NCBI RefSeq assembly: GCF_011386835.1 | Contig: NC_088791.1 | Location: 88,660,001-88,724,000, forward strand | Source of the DNA: Chrysemys picta bellii | Taxonomy: Eukaryota | DNA: 64,000 nt | Direction of reading: 5' to 3' | Shown: piece after piece, positions 52,189 through 61,850 of the stretch | Position numbering within the stretch: position 1 is the stretch's first letter | How the letters are laid out: each line of letters begins with the position of its first letter | Translations under genes and position numbers: made by a program | The notes under the pieces: model-generated | What the model was told of the DNA's origin: nothing | The model's database searches: none | What the model saw: the letters and a program-made list of their open reading frames with translations, nothing else

Positions 52189-53250
52189 TGTGATGCTTTC
52201 TTGGCATGCCCAGAACTATGGGTCACCTTGTTACCTAGACTTGCTTGGGTTAAACTGTGTATCGGTTCTCTAACACTCACAATCACTTAGCCACCCAAAC
52301 AATCTCCTCCAAAGCTCTGTTAGCCTTTATTTTGTCTTGCAGGTAACACTTGGCATACCTCAGTTCCAAAGCCCCCTGGAAGAGGGCTCCCCTGGAGTAT
52401 CCACCCCATGTTACTGGACACTCACAGAAATAATTACTGGTAAGTTCACGATCTCCAAAGAGACCATATACACACCAGCTTGTTTGATTAAACTAAGAAT
52501 TCACACCTTGCTTAATATTACATTAAAGAGATCTACTTGATAAAACAAAAAGAAGTTCATTAACAAAGATAGAGAATTGTTACTGAGTAAGGATATTGGA
52601 AACAGATATGGCTACAAAGAAAGCAAAAGTATAACAAATTTCTAAGAGACTAAACATAATTTTTGCTGGCTAAAATCTTTGTTTAAATTAAGCTTCTCAC
52701 CAAAAGCAACCTCTCAGTGTCACCAGCCCCCAGCCCCAGGATCCAGCTTTAATGGATGCAGAAAGCACTCTCCTTTTTTCTTCCACAGTAATGGATACCA
52801 AAAATATCTTTTTGCCTCCTTCTTATGGTCAAGTGAAGTGAACCTTTAAAATGTGTCCTGCTGTTTGTTCTCTAGCATGCTGGTGCCATGTTGCTTTTCT
52901 CATCCACTTATTAATTTGCTTTTCCCATTGACTTCAGATGCAAATGAACTCCCATTGTGTTTGTCTTATCCTGTTTACTCTGCATCACAGATCTAGGTAG
53001 ACAGTTAAATCAATATTCCTTTGACTGGGGGGGAAATTGTTTATCAACTTTGCCTGGTTACATAATATAAACATATTTTTAGTACGTGCATACAACTTCT
53101 TGACTGATGTCTACACATACCTCTCTCAGTGATTATAAGATTTTATTTGATATATTACACAACATTAGCAATGCGATAAGTGTAGTGCGTTTGTGAGTCC
53201 TGATAGAAGTTGTTGTTACATGACAGTGAACTATTTGCCAGTTGGCACCG
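52189..53250. mobile_element. Probable solo LTR B
   Basis: TGTGATG start, fills the gap before CR1 resumes. Right end approximate. Confidence 0.45.
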
Positions 53251-53508
53251 ATGCCCATAACCATCCTTAGAAAGCTATTCCAGGGTTTAATTACCCTTAT
53301 AATTGTAAAGTTTTCCCTAATATCTAATCTAAATTTCCCTTGCTGCAGATTAAGCCCATTACTTCTTGTTCTATGTCCAGTGGCACTGGACAACAATTGA
53401 TCACAATTCTCTGTATAACAGCCCTTAATATATTTGAAGACTGTGATCAGATCACCTATCAGTCTCCTTTTCGCAAAAAGAAATATGCCAGCTTTTTTTG
53501 TTTGTTTG

Positions 53509-56081
53509 TGTAAGGGGACTGTTGCCCCCTTACTAACATTCAGTGGGGTGTTTTGGTTGCTAGCTCCTAGCACTAAAAGGGGAAAGGTCGATGGCAAATC
53601 AGGACCCTGAGACTGACAGTCCCCAGGAACAATGGGGAGAGGCCAATGCTCCAGATCAGCCTGATTGACAGGGCGGGCAGGCTAATCAGGGAGTCAGGAG
53701 GCCGGGGGGGGTCCCGTCCTCCGTGTGAACTGGAATTGCCTGGCTCAGACAGAGTGGGGCCGAGCTAAGGAGAGAGCAGGGGCCCGAGCTAAGTTGCTGG
53801 AAGCAGAGCTGCAGCCCCAAAGCCAGAGCACGGCCCAGAGAGAGCAGAGCTGCCCTGGGAGCAGAGCTGCAGCAACCGGAGCCAGAGGGGCCAGAGAAGC
53901 AGCCCAGGGAGCTGAAGGCAGAGCAGCAGCTGCAGCCGTGCTGAGGCCGAGTGGAGCTGGAGCTGGGGCTGGGGCTGGAGCAGTCCGGAGCTGGGTGCGG
54001 TGAGCAGCTGGGGAGAGCGAGGGGGACCCTGGGCAGCAGGGCCGGCTTTAGGAAGTGAGGGGCCCAATTTGAACATTTTCAGTGGGGCCCCGACAGGGAT
54101 TACTTTAAAAAAAAGAAACACGTAAAAAACACCTTTCATTTCTTCCATGTATTATTTACTTTCCATAACTATATAAATAATAAAATTATATATTACATAC
54201 ATTGTGTAATGTATGTGGATGCATGCTAAGCCTACCTAAAGTTATTGACACACACCCCGGGACCCCAGCCCCATCCACCCCCCTTCCCTGTCCCCTACTG
54301 TCCCCTGCCACCCCATCCAACCCTTCCTCTCATTCCTGATGGCCCACTGGGACCCCTGCCCCATCCAACCACCCCTTCTCTCTGTCCCTGACTGCCCCTG
54401 GATCCCCTGCCCCTGACTGCCCCCCACCGCCCAACCCAACCCCTGCTCCTTCCTGACTGCCCCCCCCCCAGGACCCTTGCCCCCATTCAATCCCCCTGTT
54501 CCCTGCCCTCTGACCGCCCCAACCCCTATCCACCCCCCCACAACCCTCCGAACTCCCCTGTCCTCTTCCAACACCTGCTCCCTGCCCCCTAACCGCGCTG
54601 CCTGGAGCCGCTCGGCCGGGTCCGGGTCTGGGCCGGGTCTGCTCGGTCCGGGCTGGGTCCAGGGCCGGGTCCGCTCGGTCTGGGCCTGGGTCCGCTCGGT
54701 CTGGGCCTGGGCCGGAGCCGCTGGGCCAGGGCCAGGCCGGAGCCTCTCGGTCCGCTCTGGCGCCGGCGCCGCAGGGCCCGAGTTGAGCCGGGCCAGAGCC
54801 GCCCAGCCAGGTCCACGTCCGGGACGGGGCCGGGCCGGCGCGCCACTTGGCTGGGGCCGGCGCCGCAGGGCCCGAGCTGAGCCGGGCCAGAGCTGCTCGG
54901 CCGGGTCCACGTCCGGGCCGGGCCCGGGGCCGCGGGGCCGGGTCGGAGCCTCTCGGGCCGGGCCGGGGCCGCAGGGCCCGAGCTGAGCCGGATCAGAGCC
55001 ACTTGGCCAGGTCCACGTCCGGGCCGGGCCCGGGGCCGCGGGGCCGGGCCGGAGCCTCTTGGGCTGGGCCGGCGCCACAGGGCCCGAACTGAGCCAGGCC
55101 GGAGCCTCTCGGGCCGGGCCGGTGCCACTTGGCCGGGACCGGGCTGGGGGTGTTCGGCCGGGGCCAGACCGGAGGGAGCCGCGCGCTCGACCTGGGCCGC
55201 ACTGAGCCCCCCTGGAACTCTCCTCCACCCCCCTGCTTACCTCCTGCGAACATCTGATTCGCGGGGAGGAGAAGGTGGGTGGAGAGTTCAGGGGAGGAGG
55301 GGTAAGTGGGCTGTGGGCCGGATGGACAGCTGCGCGGGGCCCTCTAGGCGCGGGGCCCCATTCAGGGGAATCGGCATAAAGCCGGCCCTGCTGGGCAGTG
55401 GGCCCAGTGCAGGGAGACACCTCAGCCAAGAGGCTCTGCAGGTCATACTTGGAGGGGGATCTTAACCCTGTCAGGGCGGGGGCAACGCTGGGAAAAAGGG
55501 TCCTGCCACCTAGAGCCTGAGAGCGTGTGGCCACTGCCAGAGGAAGTGTCCAACCTGCAGCCTCTCTGCAGCACAGCCAGGGCCTGAGAAGGAGCCTGGG
55601 ACCTACAAGGAACAGACTGTGAACTGCCCTGACGTTCCAGAGACACTGTTTGTGATGTTCCCTGCCACAGAGCAGGGTGATGTGTTTCCTTTAACCTTTC
55701 CCATTTTTCCTTATTCTTTTTTAAAATTAATTGTTAATTAAGCAACTTGTATTTGCTTTAAATTGTATGAAATGATCAGTGGGTCAGGGAGGTGCCCAGT
55801 GCAGAGAGAGTACCTCGGAGTGGAGACACCCTAGCCCCTGTCCTGGGTGACCACAGCAGGGTTGGGGGTCGAGCCCCCCAGGAATCCTGGGCCCAGCCTT
55901 GTCGGGGTTTACAAGGACTCTGCCAGACAGGAGAGTGGAAGGGGAGTCCTCAAGGGCAGGGAGGCCTCTGGGTAAAGGAAGTCGGAGCGAGGACTCAGAT
56001 CCTTTCGCTAGCCCACTTCACTGGGGTAGTGCAGAAGCCAGGAAAGTTCCCCACAATAGCGGGACCATTCCCCCACTTACA
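53509..56081. mobile_element. Solo LTR C (~1.2 kb without MITE)
   Basis: TGTAAGGGG...CCCCACTTACA with 4-bp TSD TTTG/TTTG. CR1 is continuous across the site. Confidence 0.8.
54037..55390. mobile_element. Young hAT MITE with GC-rich tandem interior
   Basis: Perfect 14-bp TIR CAGGGCCGGCTTTA / TAAAGCCGGCCCTG. Perfect 8-bp TSD CTGGGCAG. Confidence 0.93.
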
Positions 56082-57099
56082 TTTGTTTTTAACCTTTCCT
56101 TATAGGTCAAGATTCCTAAACCCTTTTTTCTCCCCCACCCCCACCCCCCAGAATCTCTCCAATTTGTTCACATCAGTCCTAATGAGTGGTGCCCAGAATT
56201 GGACACAGTACTTCAGATGGGGCCTCATCGGTGCAAAGAGGAGCAGGACAATTACCTCCCATGCCTTATATAAGACACTCCTCTTAATACCACCCAGAAG
56301 GATATTAGCATTTGTATCAACTACATCACATTGTTGACTCATATTCAATTTGTGATCCACTATAACCCCCAGATCATTTTCAGCAGGACTACCACCTAGC
56401 CATTTATTCTCCATTTTGTAGCTGTGCATTTGATTTTTCCTTACTAAATATAGTATTTTGCAATTATTTTTATTGAATTTCATCTTGTTGACTTCAGACC
56501 AATTCTCCAGTTTCTCAAAGTGATTTGGAATTCTAATCCTGTTCTCCAAAGCACTTGCAACCCCTTCAAACTTAGTGTCATCTGCAAATTGTATACACAT
56601 ATTTTCTATTCTATTATCCAAGTCATTAATGAAAACACTGAATATTACCAGACTCCGTATTAACGCCTGTGGGACTGCACATGACACACCCTCACAGTTT
56701 AACACTGAACCATTGATAATTACTCTTCGATTACGGTCTTTCAACCAGTTGTGTACCCACCTTATAGAAAATTCATCCAGCTCACATTTGCCTAGTTTGC
56801 TTATGAGAATGTCATGTGGAACTGTGTCAGAAGCTTTACTAACATCAAGATAGATCACATTTACTGCTTGCCCTCTATACATTAGGCCATCATTCCTGTC
56901 AAACAAGGAAACTGAGTTGCTTTGGCATGATTTGTTCTTGACAAATCCATACTGGCTATTCCTTATAAGATTTTCTCCTCCAGTTGCTTACAAACTGATT
57001 GTTTAATAATGTGTTCCACTATCTTTCCTGGTATCAAAGTTTGGATGACTTGTCTATAATTCCTTGGGTATTCTTTGTTCCCCTTTTTAAAGACAGGTA

Positions 57100-57682
57100 C
57101 AGTAAAAGCTTTGTTATTGGGCATGTTGGGGGAATAGGGAGTGCCGGTTAGTCAAAAAATCCGGTTAACTAAGAGTTATATGGAGGGAGGGAATTTGGAT
57201 GTGGGAGGGGGCTCAGGGATGGAGGTTGGGATGCGGAAGGGGGTGCAGGGTGCAGGCTCTGGGGGGGAGTTTGGGTGTGGGAGGGGGCTTGGGGCAGGGG
57301 TGGGTCATAAGAGGGGTTTCGGGGTACTGGATCTGGGCGGTGCTCAACTCAGGGGCTCCCCAGAAGCGGCAACATGTCCCTGCTGCTCCTCGGTGGAAGC
57401 ATGACTAGGCAGCTCCGCACCCTGCCTCCGCCTGCAGGAACCGTCCCCGCAGCTCCCTTTGGCCACAGTTCCCGGCCAATGGGAGCTGTGGAGCCAGTGC
57501 TCAGGGTAGGGTGGGAGCAGCGCATGGAGCCCCCACAGTTGTTTCTCCACCTAGGAGCAGCAGGGACATATCACTGCTTCTCAGGAGCCACACGGACTCA
57601 ACCAGACTTTTAATGGGTATCAGAAATGCCGGTTTCTAGAGCTTTCCAGTTGGTAAAGTGCCGGATAACACAGCTTTTACTG
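57100..57682. mobile_element. Tc1/mariner (pogo/Tigger-like) MITE
   Basis: TA|CAGTAAAAGCTTTGTTAT ... ATAACACAGCTTTTACTG|TA, 17/18 TIR match and TA TSD. Confidence 0.88.
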
Positions 57683-58221
57683 TACTAAGTTTGCCCTTCT
57701 ACAGTCTTTTGAAACCGCATCCATCCTCCATGAGCTTTTGAATATAATTACTAAATGTTCTGAGATTGCTTCAGCTAATTGATGAAGTACTCTAGGATGA
57801 ATTTCATGAGGCCCTGATGACTTGAATACATTTAACTTATCTAAGGGTATGTCTACACTATGAAATTAGATCAATTTTATAGAAGTCAATTTTTAGGAAT
57901 CGATTTTATACAGTCGAATGTGTACATCCCCGCTAAGCGCATTAAGTCAGTGGAGTGCGTCCTCACTACCGTGGCTAGCATCGACTCATGGAGCAGTGCA
58001 CTGTGGGAAGCTATCCCACAGTTTCTGCAGTCTCTGCTGTCCATTGGAATTATGGGTTAAGCTCCCAATGCCTGATGGGGCAAAAACATTGTCACGGGTG
58101 GGTTTGGTACATGTCGTCACTCTCCCCTCCCTCCCTCTGTCCCTCCGTGAAAGCAACTGCAGACAATCATTTCGCGCCTTTTTGCCTGGGTTACCAGTGC
58201 AGATGCCATAGTACGGCAAGC

Positions 58222-59523
58222 ATGGAGCCCGCTCAGCTCACCGCTGCTGTTGCGAGCATTGTAAACACCTTTCGCATTATACTGCAGTATGTGCAGAACG
58301 TGGCTAAGACATGGCAGCACGAGGACGATTGTGATGAGGAGATGGACACAGACGTTCCTGAAAGCATGGGCTGTGGCAATTGGGACATTGTGGCGGCAGT
58401 GGGGCTGGTTGATACAGTGGAACACCGATTCTGGGCCCGGCAAACAAGCACAGACTGGTGGGACTGCATAGTATTGCAGGTATGGGATGATCCCCCGTGG
58501 CTGCAAAACTTTTGCATGCATACGGTCACTTTCCTGGAACTCTGTGAGTTGCTTTCCCCCACTCTGAAGCACAGGAATACCAAGATGAGAGCTGCCCTGA
58601 CAGTTGAGAAGCGAGTGGTGATAGCCCTGTGGAAGTTTGTAACACCTGACTGCTACCGGTCAGTCAGAAATCAATTTGGAGTGGGCAAATCTACTGTGGG
58701 GGCTGCTGTGATCCAAGTAGCCAATGCAATTGTTGACGTTCTGTTATCAAGGCTAGTGACTCTGGGAAATGTGCAGGTCATAGTGGATGGCTTTGCTGCA
58801 ATGGGATTCCCTAACTGGGGTGGGGCGATAGACGGAACACATATCCCTATCTTGGCACCGGACCACCTTGCTAACCAGTACATAAACCGCAAGGGGTACT
58901 TCTCAATGGTGCTGCAAGCATTGGAGGATCACAAGAGACATTTCACCGACATCAACGTGGGATGGCTGGGAAAGGTGCATGATGCTCGCATCTTTAGGAA
59001 CTCTGGGCTGTTTGAGCAGTTGCAGGAAGGGACTTACTTCCCAGACCAGAAAATTACCATTGGGGATGTTGAAATGCCAATAGTTATCCTTGGAAACCCA
59101 GCCTACTCCTTGCTCCCATGGCTCATGAAGCCATACACAGGCAAACTGCACAGTAGTAAGGAACAGTTCAACTATAGGCTGAGCAAGTGCAGAATGGTGG
59201 TAGAATGTGCCTTTGGACATTTAAAAGCTCGCTGGCACTGTTTGCTGACTAGGTTAGACCTCAGCACAACCAGTGTTGTTACTGCTTGCTGTGTGCTTCA
59301 TAATATCTGTGAGAGTAAGAGGGAGACATTTATGTCGGGGTGGGAGGTTGAGGCAAATCGCCTGGCTGCCAATTTTGAACAGCCAGACACCAGGGTGATT
59401 AGAAGAGCACAGGTTGCCAAGCTGTGCATCAGAGAGGCTTTGAAAACCAGTTTCTTGATGGCCAGGCTACGGTGTGACAGTTGTGCGTGTTTCTCCTTGA
59501 TGCAAACCCGCCCCCTTTGTTGA
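58222..59523 (+). CDS. Harbinger transposase, open frame but catalytic Asp replaced (GNPAY)
   Basis: MEPAQLTAAV..GGAIDGTHIP..GKVHDARIF..ILGNPAY..VVECAFGHLKARW. A 1-nt deletion near the C-terminus extends the tail. Confidence 0.85.
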   Translation: MEPAQLTAAVASIVNTFRIILQYVQNVAKTWQHEDDCDEEMDTDVPESMGCGNWDIVAAVGLVDTVEHRFWARQTSTDWWDCIVLQVWDDPPWLQNFCMHTVTFLELCELLSPTLKHRNTKMRAALTVEKRVVIALWKFVTPDCYRSVRNQFGVGKSTVGAAVIQVANAIVDVLLSRLVTLGNVQVIVDGFAAMGFPNWGGAIDGTHIPILAPDHLANQYINRKGYFSMVLQALEDHKRHFTDINVGWLGKVHDARIFRNSGLFEQLQEGTYFPDQKITIGDVEMPIVILGNPAYSLLPWLMKPYTGKLHSSKEQFNYRLSKCRMVVECAFGHLKARWHCLLTRLDLSTTSVVTACCVLHNICESKRETFMSGWEVEANRLAANFEQPDTRVIRRAQVAKLCIREALKTSFLMARLRCDSCACFSLMQTRPLC

Positions 59524-59714
59524 TTTTAACTCCCTGTAAGCCAACCACCATCCCCCCTTCAATCACAGCTGGCAAAGGAAATAAAGTCACTATTGTTTTG
59601 AAACCATGCATTCTTTCTTTATTCATTAAAAAAAAAGGGAGATAACTGATAAGGTATCCCGCGTGGGGTAGGGTAGGAGGGAAGGACAAGGCCACATTGC
59701 TTATTGTAGCCACA

Positions 59715-60178
59715 CTACAAATCAAAACTGTTTGAATGACAGCCTTCTGTTGCTTGGACCATCCTCTGCAGTGCAGTGTCTGGGTGCCCGGAGCCCCACC
59801 GCCCCCACATTCTTGGGTGTCTGGGTGAGGAGAATATGGAACTTGGGGAGGAGGGTAGGCAGTTGTACAGTGGATGTAGTGGATGTAGTGGCGACCTGTG
59901 CTCTTGTTGGCTTTCCTGCAGCTCCACCAACACCTGAGCATGTCCGTTTGCTCCCCCATTAGCCTCAGCATTGCATCCTGCCTCTTCTCATCGTACTCAC
60001 TTAATGCTTTCCTGGCCTCTGCCACTGAATGCCTCCATACATTAAGCTGTGCCCTATCCGTGCGGGAAGACTGCATGAGCTCTGAAAACATGTCATCGCA
60101 AGTGTGGTTTTTTTCGCCTTCTAATCTGCGATAACCTCAGGGATGGAGATGATAAGGGGAGCATAGAAACATTTGCAC
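59715..60178 (-). pseudogene. Harbinger Myb gene exon 2 (copy 3)
   Basis: Acceptor (C)nAG at 60179. LRLSQIRRRKK..MFSELMQSSRTDRAQLNVWRHSVAEARK..QDAMLRLMGEQTDML. Confidence 0.8.
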
Positions 60179-60676
60179 CTGGGGGGGGGGGGGATAAAAA
60201 GGGAGAGTAAAATTTAAGATGATACATTTCTGAGAACAAAAGGGAGACTCTTTCACAGTGAATCAAGCAATTCACAGCAGACAGCACATGTGCTTTAGAT
60301 ACAAAGTCACATTTTGCCTTTTATATTGAGCGCCTGCCGGTATGGTGACTCATCACATACGGCTGGGCAACAGAATTCGGTTTCCAAGCAGCCATGGTAA
60401 GCCAAAAGGTATGCAGGTTTGGCTTCTAATGCCTTGATAACATGTGGAAATGTTTTCAAACTGCAGCATCCTCCTTTCCCATAGCAAGCAATGCCGGCTG
60501 GGTTTCACATTTACAAGGAGGGGCTGCAGTTTTTGGGTGGATGTGCAGCACACACCTTCCCCCACCCCTCTGCGTGGCTATTCTCAGGGATGATCCCTTT
60601 TAGCCAAGCGCAAACAGCCCAGCATGAACGGCGTCCTTTTATTGTTCCCTTACAAAAATTCCCCTATTTTAACCTG

Positions 60677-60966
60677 GTGACCATGAATGATATCACTCTC
60701 CTGAGGCTAACGCAGAAAGATATAGACCGAATGTTGCTTGAATGTGACCAAAACCCAGGACCATTCACTGCCATGCTTTGTGCTGCAATGATTCCAGACA
60801 ACTGGCTTGGCGTGGTAAAATGTCCTACCATGGAGGACGAAATAAGGCAGCCTTCCCTAGAAACCTTCTGCAAAGGCTTTCAGAGTACCTCTAGGAGAGC
60901 TTCATGGAGATGTCCCTGGAGGATTCCCACTCCATCCCCAGATACGTTAACAGACTTTTCCAGTAG
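60677..60966 (+). pseudogene. BEN-domain-like exon antisense in Myb intron (copy 3)
   Basis: VTMNDITLLRLTQKDIDRMLLECDQNPGPFTAMLCAAMIPD[7-nt del]LAWRGKMSYHGGRNKAAFPRNLLQRLSEYL*ESFMEMSLEDSHSIPRYVNRLFQ*. Confidence 0.7.
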
Positions 60967-61065
60967 CTGTACTGGCCACGAATGCATCCCAAGTCTTCAG
61001 GGCAAATAAAACATTAAACACTATTGCTTTTAAACCCTATACTGTAGTTACAAATGTGCACTCAC

Positions 61066-61312
61066 CAGAGGGGCCTTCTCTGCCTTCAGGGTCAGGGATC
61101 CCGATTTGGGAGGGTATTGGCTCCAAGGTGATGAAAAGGTCCTGGCTGCCAGGGAGAATGGATTTACCACTTGTCTGCTGCGCATTCTCCTTCTCCTCCT
61201 CTTCCTCATTTACAAAATCCTCCTCTGTGTTGCGTGAGACTCCCCCCTTGCAGGTGTCCATGGACAGTGGTGGGGTAGTGGTAGGATCCCCCCCTAGAAT
61301 GCCATGCAGCTG
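61066..61312 (-). pseudogene. Harbinger Myb gene exon 1, 3' remnant (copy 3)
   Basis: LHGILGGDPTTTPPLSMDT..EEEEEKEN..SQDLFITLEP..EGPSG|GTGAGT. Confidence 0.85.
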
Positions 61313-61784
61313 TGTCACGGAGTATTGGGGAACTCAGGGCCCTGCACCCCCGGCTTCCTGCGATTCACCATGACTCTCAGCCAGCCAGTAAAGCAGAAGG
61401 TTTATTTGGATGACAGGAATACAGTCCAAGACAGGTCTTGCAGGCACAGACAACAGGGCCCCCCTCAGTTAGGTCCAGCTTGGGGTCCCAGGGCATGCCA
61501 GCCCACCCCCCTTGGGGGGTCAGAGCCATCTCTGCCTCCCAGCCATCTCTCCAGCCTGCTTCCAGCCTGCTTCCAGCACTCTCCTTCCGCGACCCCTCCC
61601 ACCGCCTTTGTTCAGTTTCCCGGGCCCCGGAGTCATCTGACCTCCAACCCCCTCCTGGGTTCTCATGTTACAAGCTCAGGTATGTTCCCTTGGGCCGGCT
61701 CCCATCCCCCGATGCAGACCATCCTAGTCACACTCCCCTGTCAGCATTCACACACCCCAGCAAGAACAGTCCCGGTTCGTCACA
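61313..61784 (-). mobile_element. 3' LTR (472 bp) of Gmr1-like Gypsy element
   Basis: Minus strand TGTGACGAAC...CTCCGTGACA. Polypurine tract AAGGGGGGAGAGA directly upstream (61785-61797). Confidence 0.9.
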
Positions 61785-61850
61785 TCTCTCCCCCCTTCGA
61801 GACCGAACTGAGCAGGGTCACTTTAGCCAGTGACCCGGGGAAGTTCGAAC

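Larger units (their letters stand above)
51215..57844 (-). mobile_element. CR1 LINE fragmented by nested insertions (pieces ~51215-51343, ~53255-53508, 56082-57099, 57683-57844)
   Basis: ATAGAATCATAG tail at 51215. RT ORF 56100-56906 (YLDVSKASDTVPH..VPQ..FADDTK..CVQFWAP). Pieces join colinearly. Confidence 0.88.
57845..61312. mobile_element. PIF/Harbinger transposon (copy 3), interrupted at 61312 by a Gypsy element
   Basis: TAA|GGGTATGTCTACACTA left end. Transposase (+) and Myb exons (-). Confidence 0.92.

Noticed and set aside
54242-55534. 430-aa and overlapping ORFs
   Set aside because: Same artefact, inside the hAT MITE 54037-55390.
57988-58221. N-terminal 78 aa of the 511-aa ORF
   Set aside because: It translates the subterminal region of the transposon. 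Copy 1 homology starts at MEP (58222).
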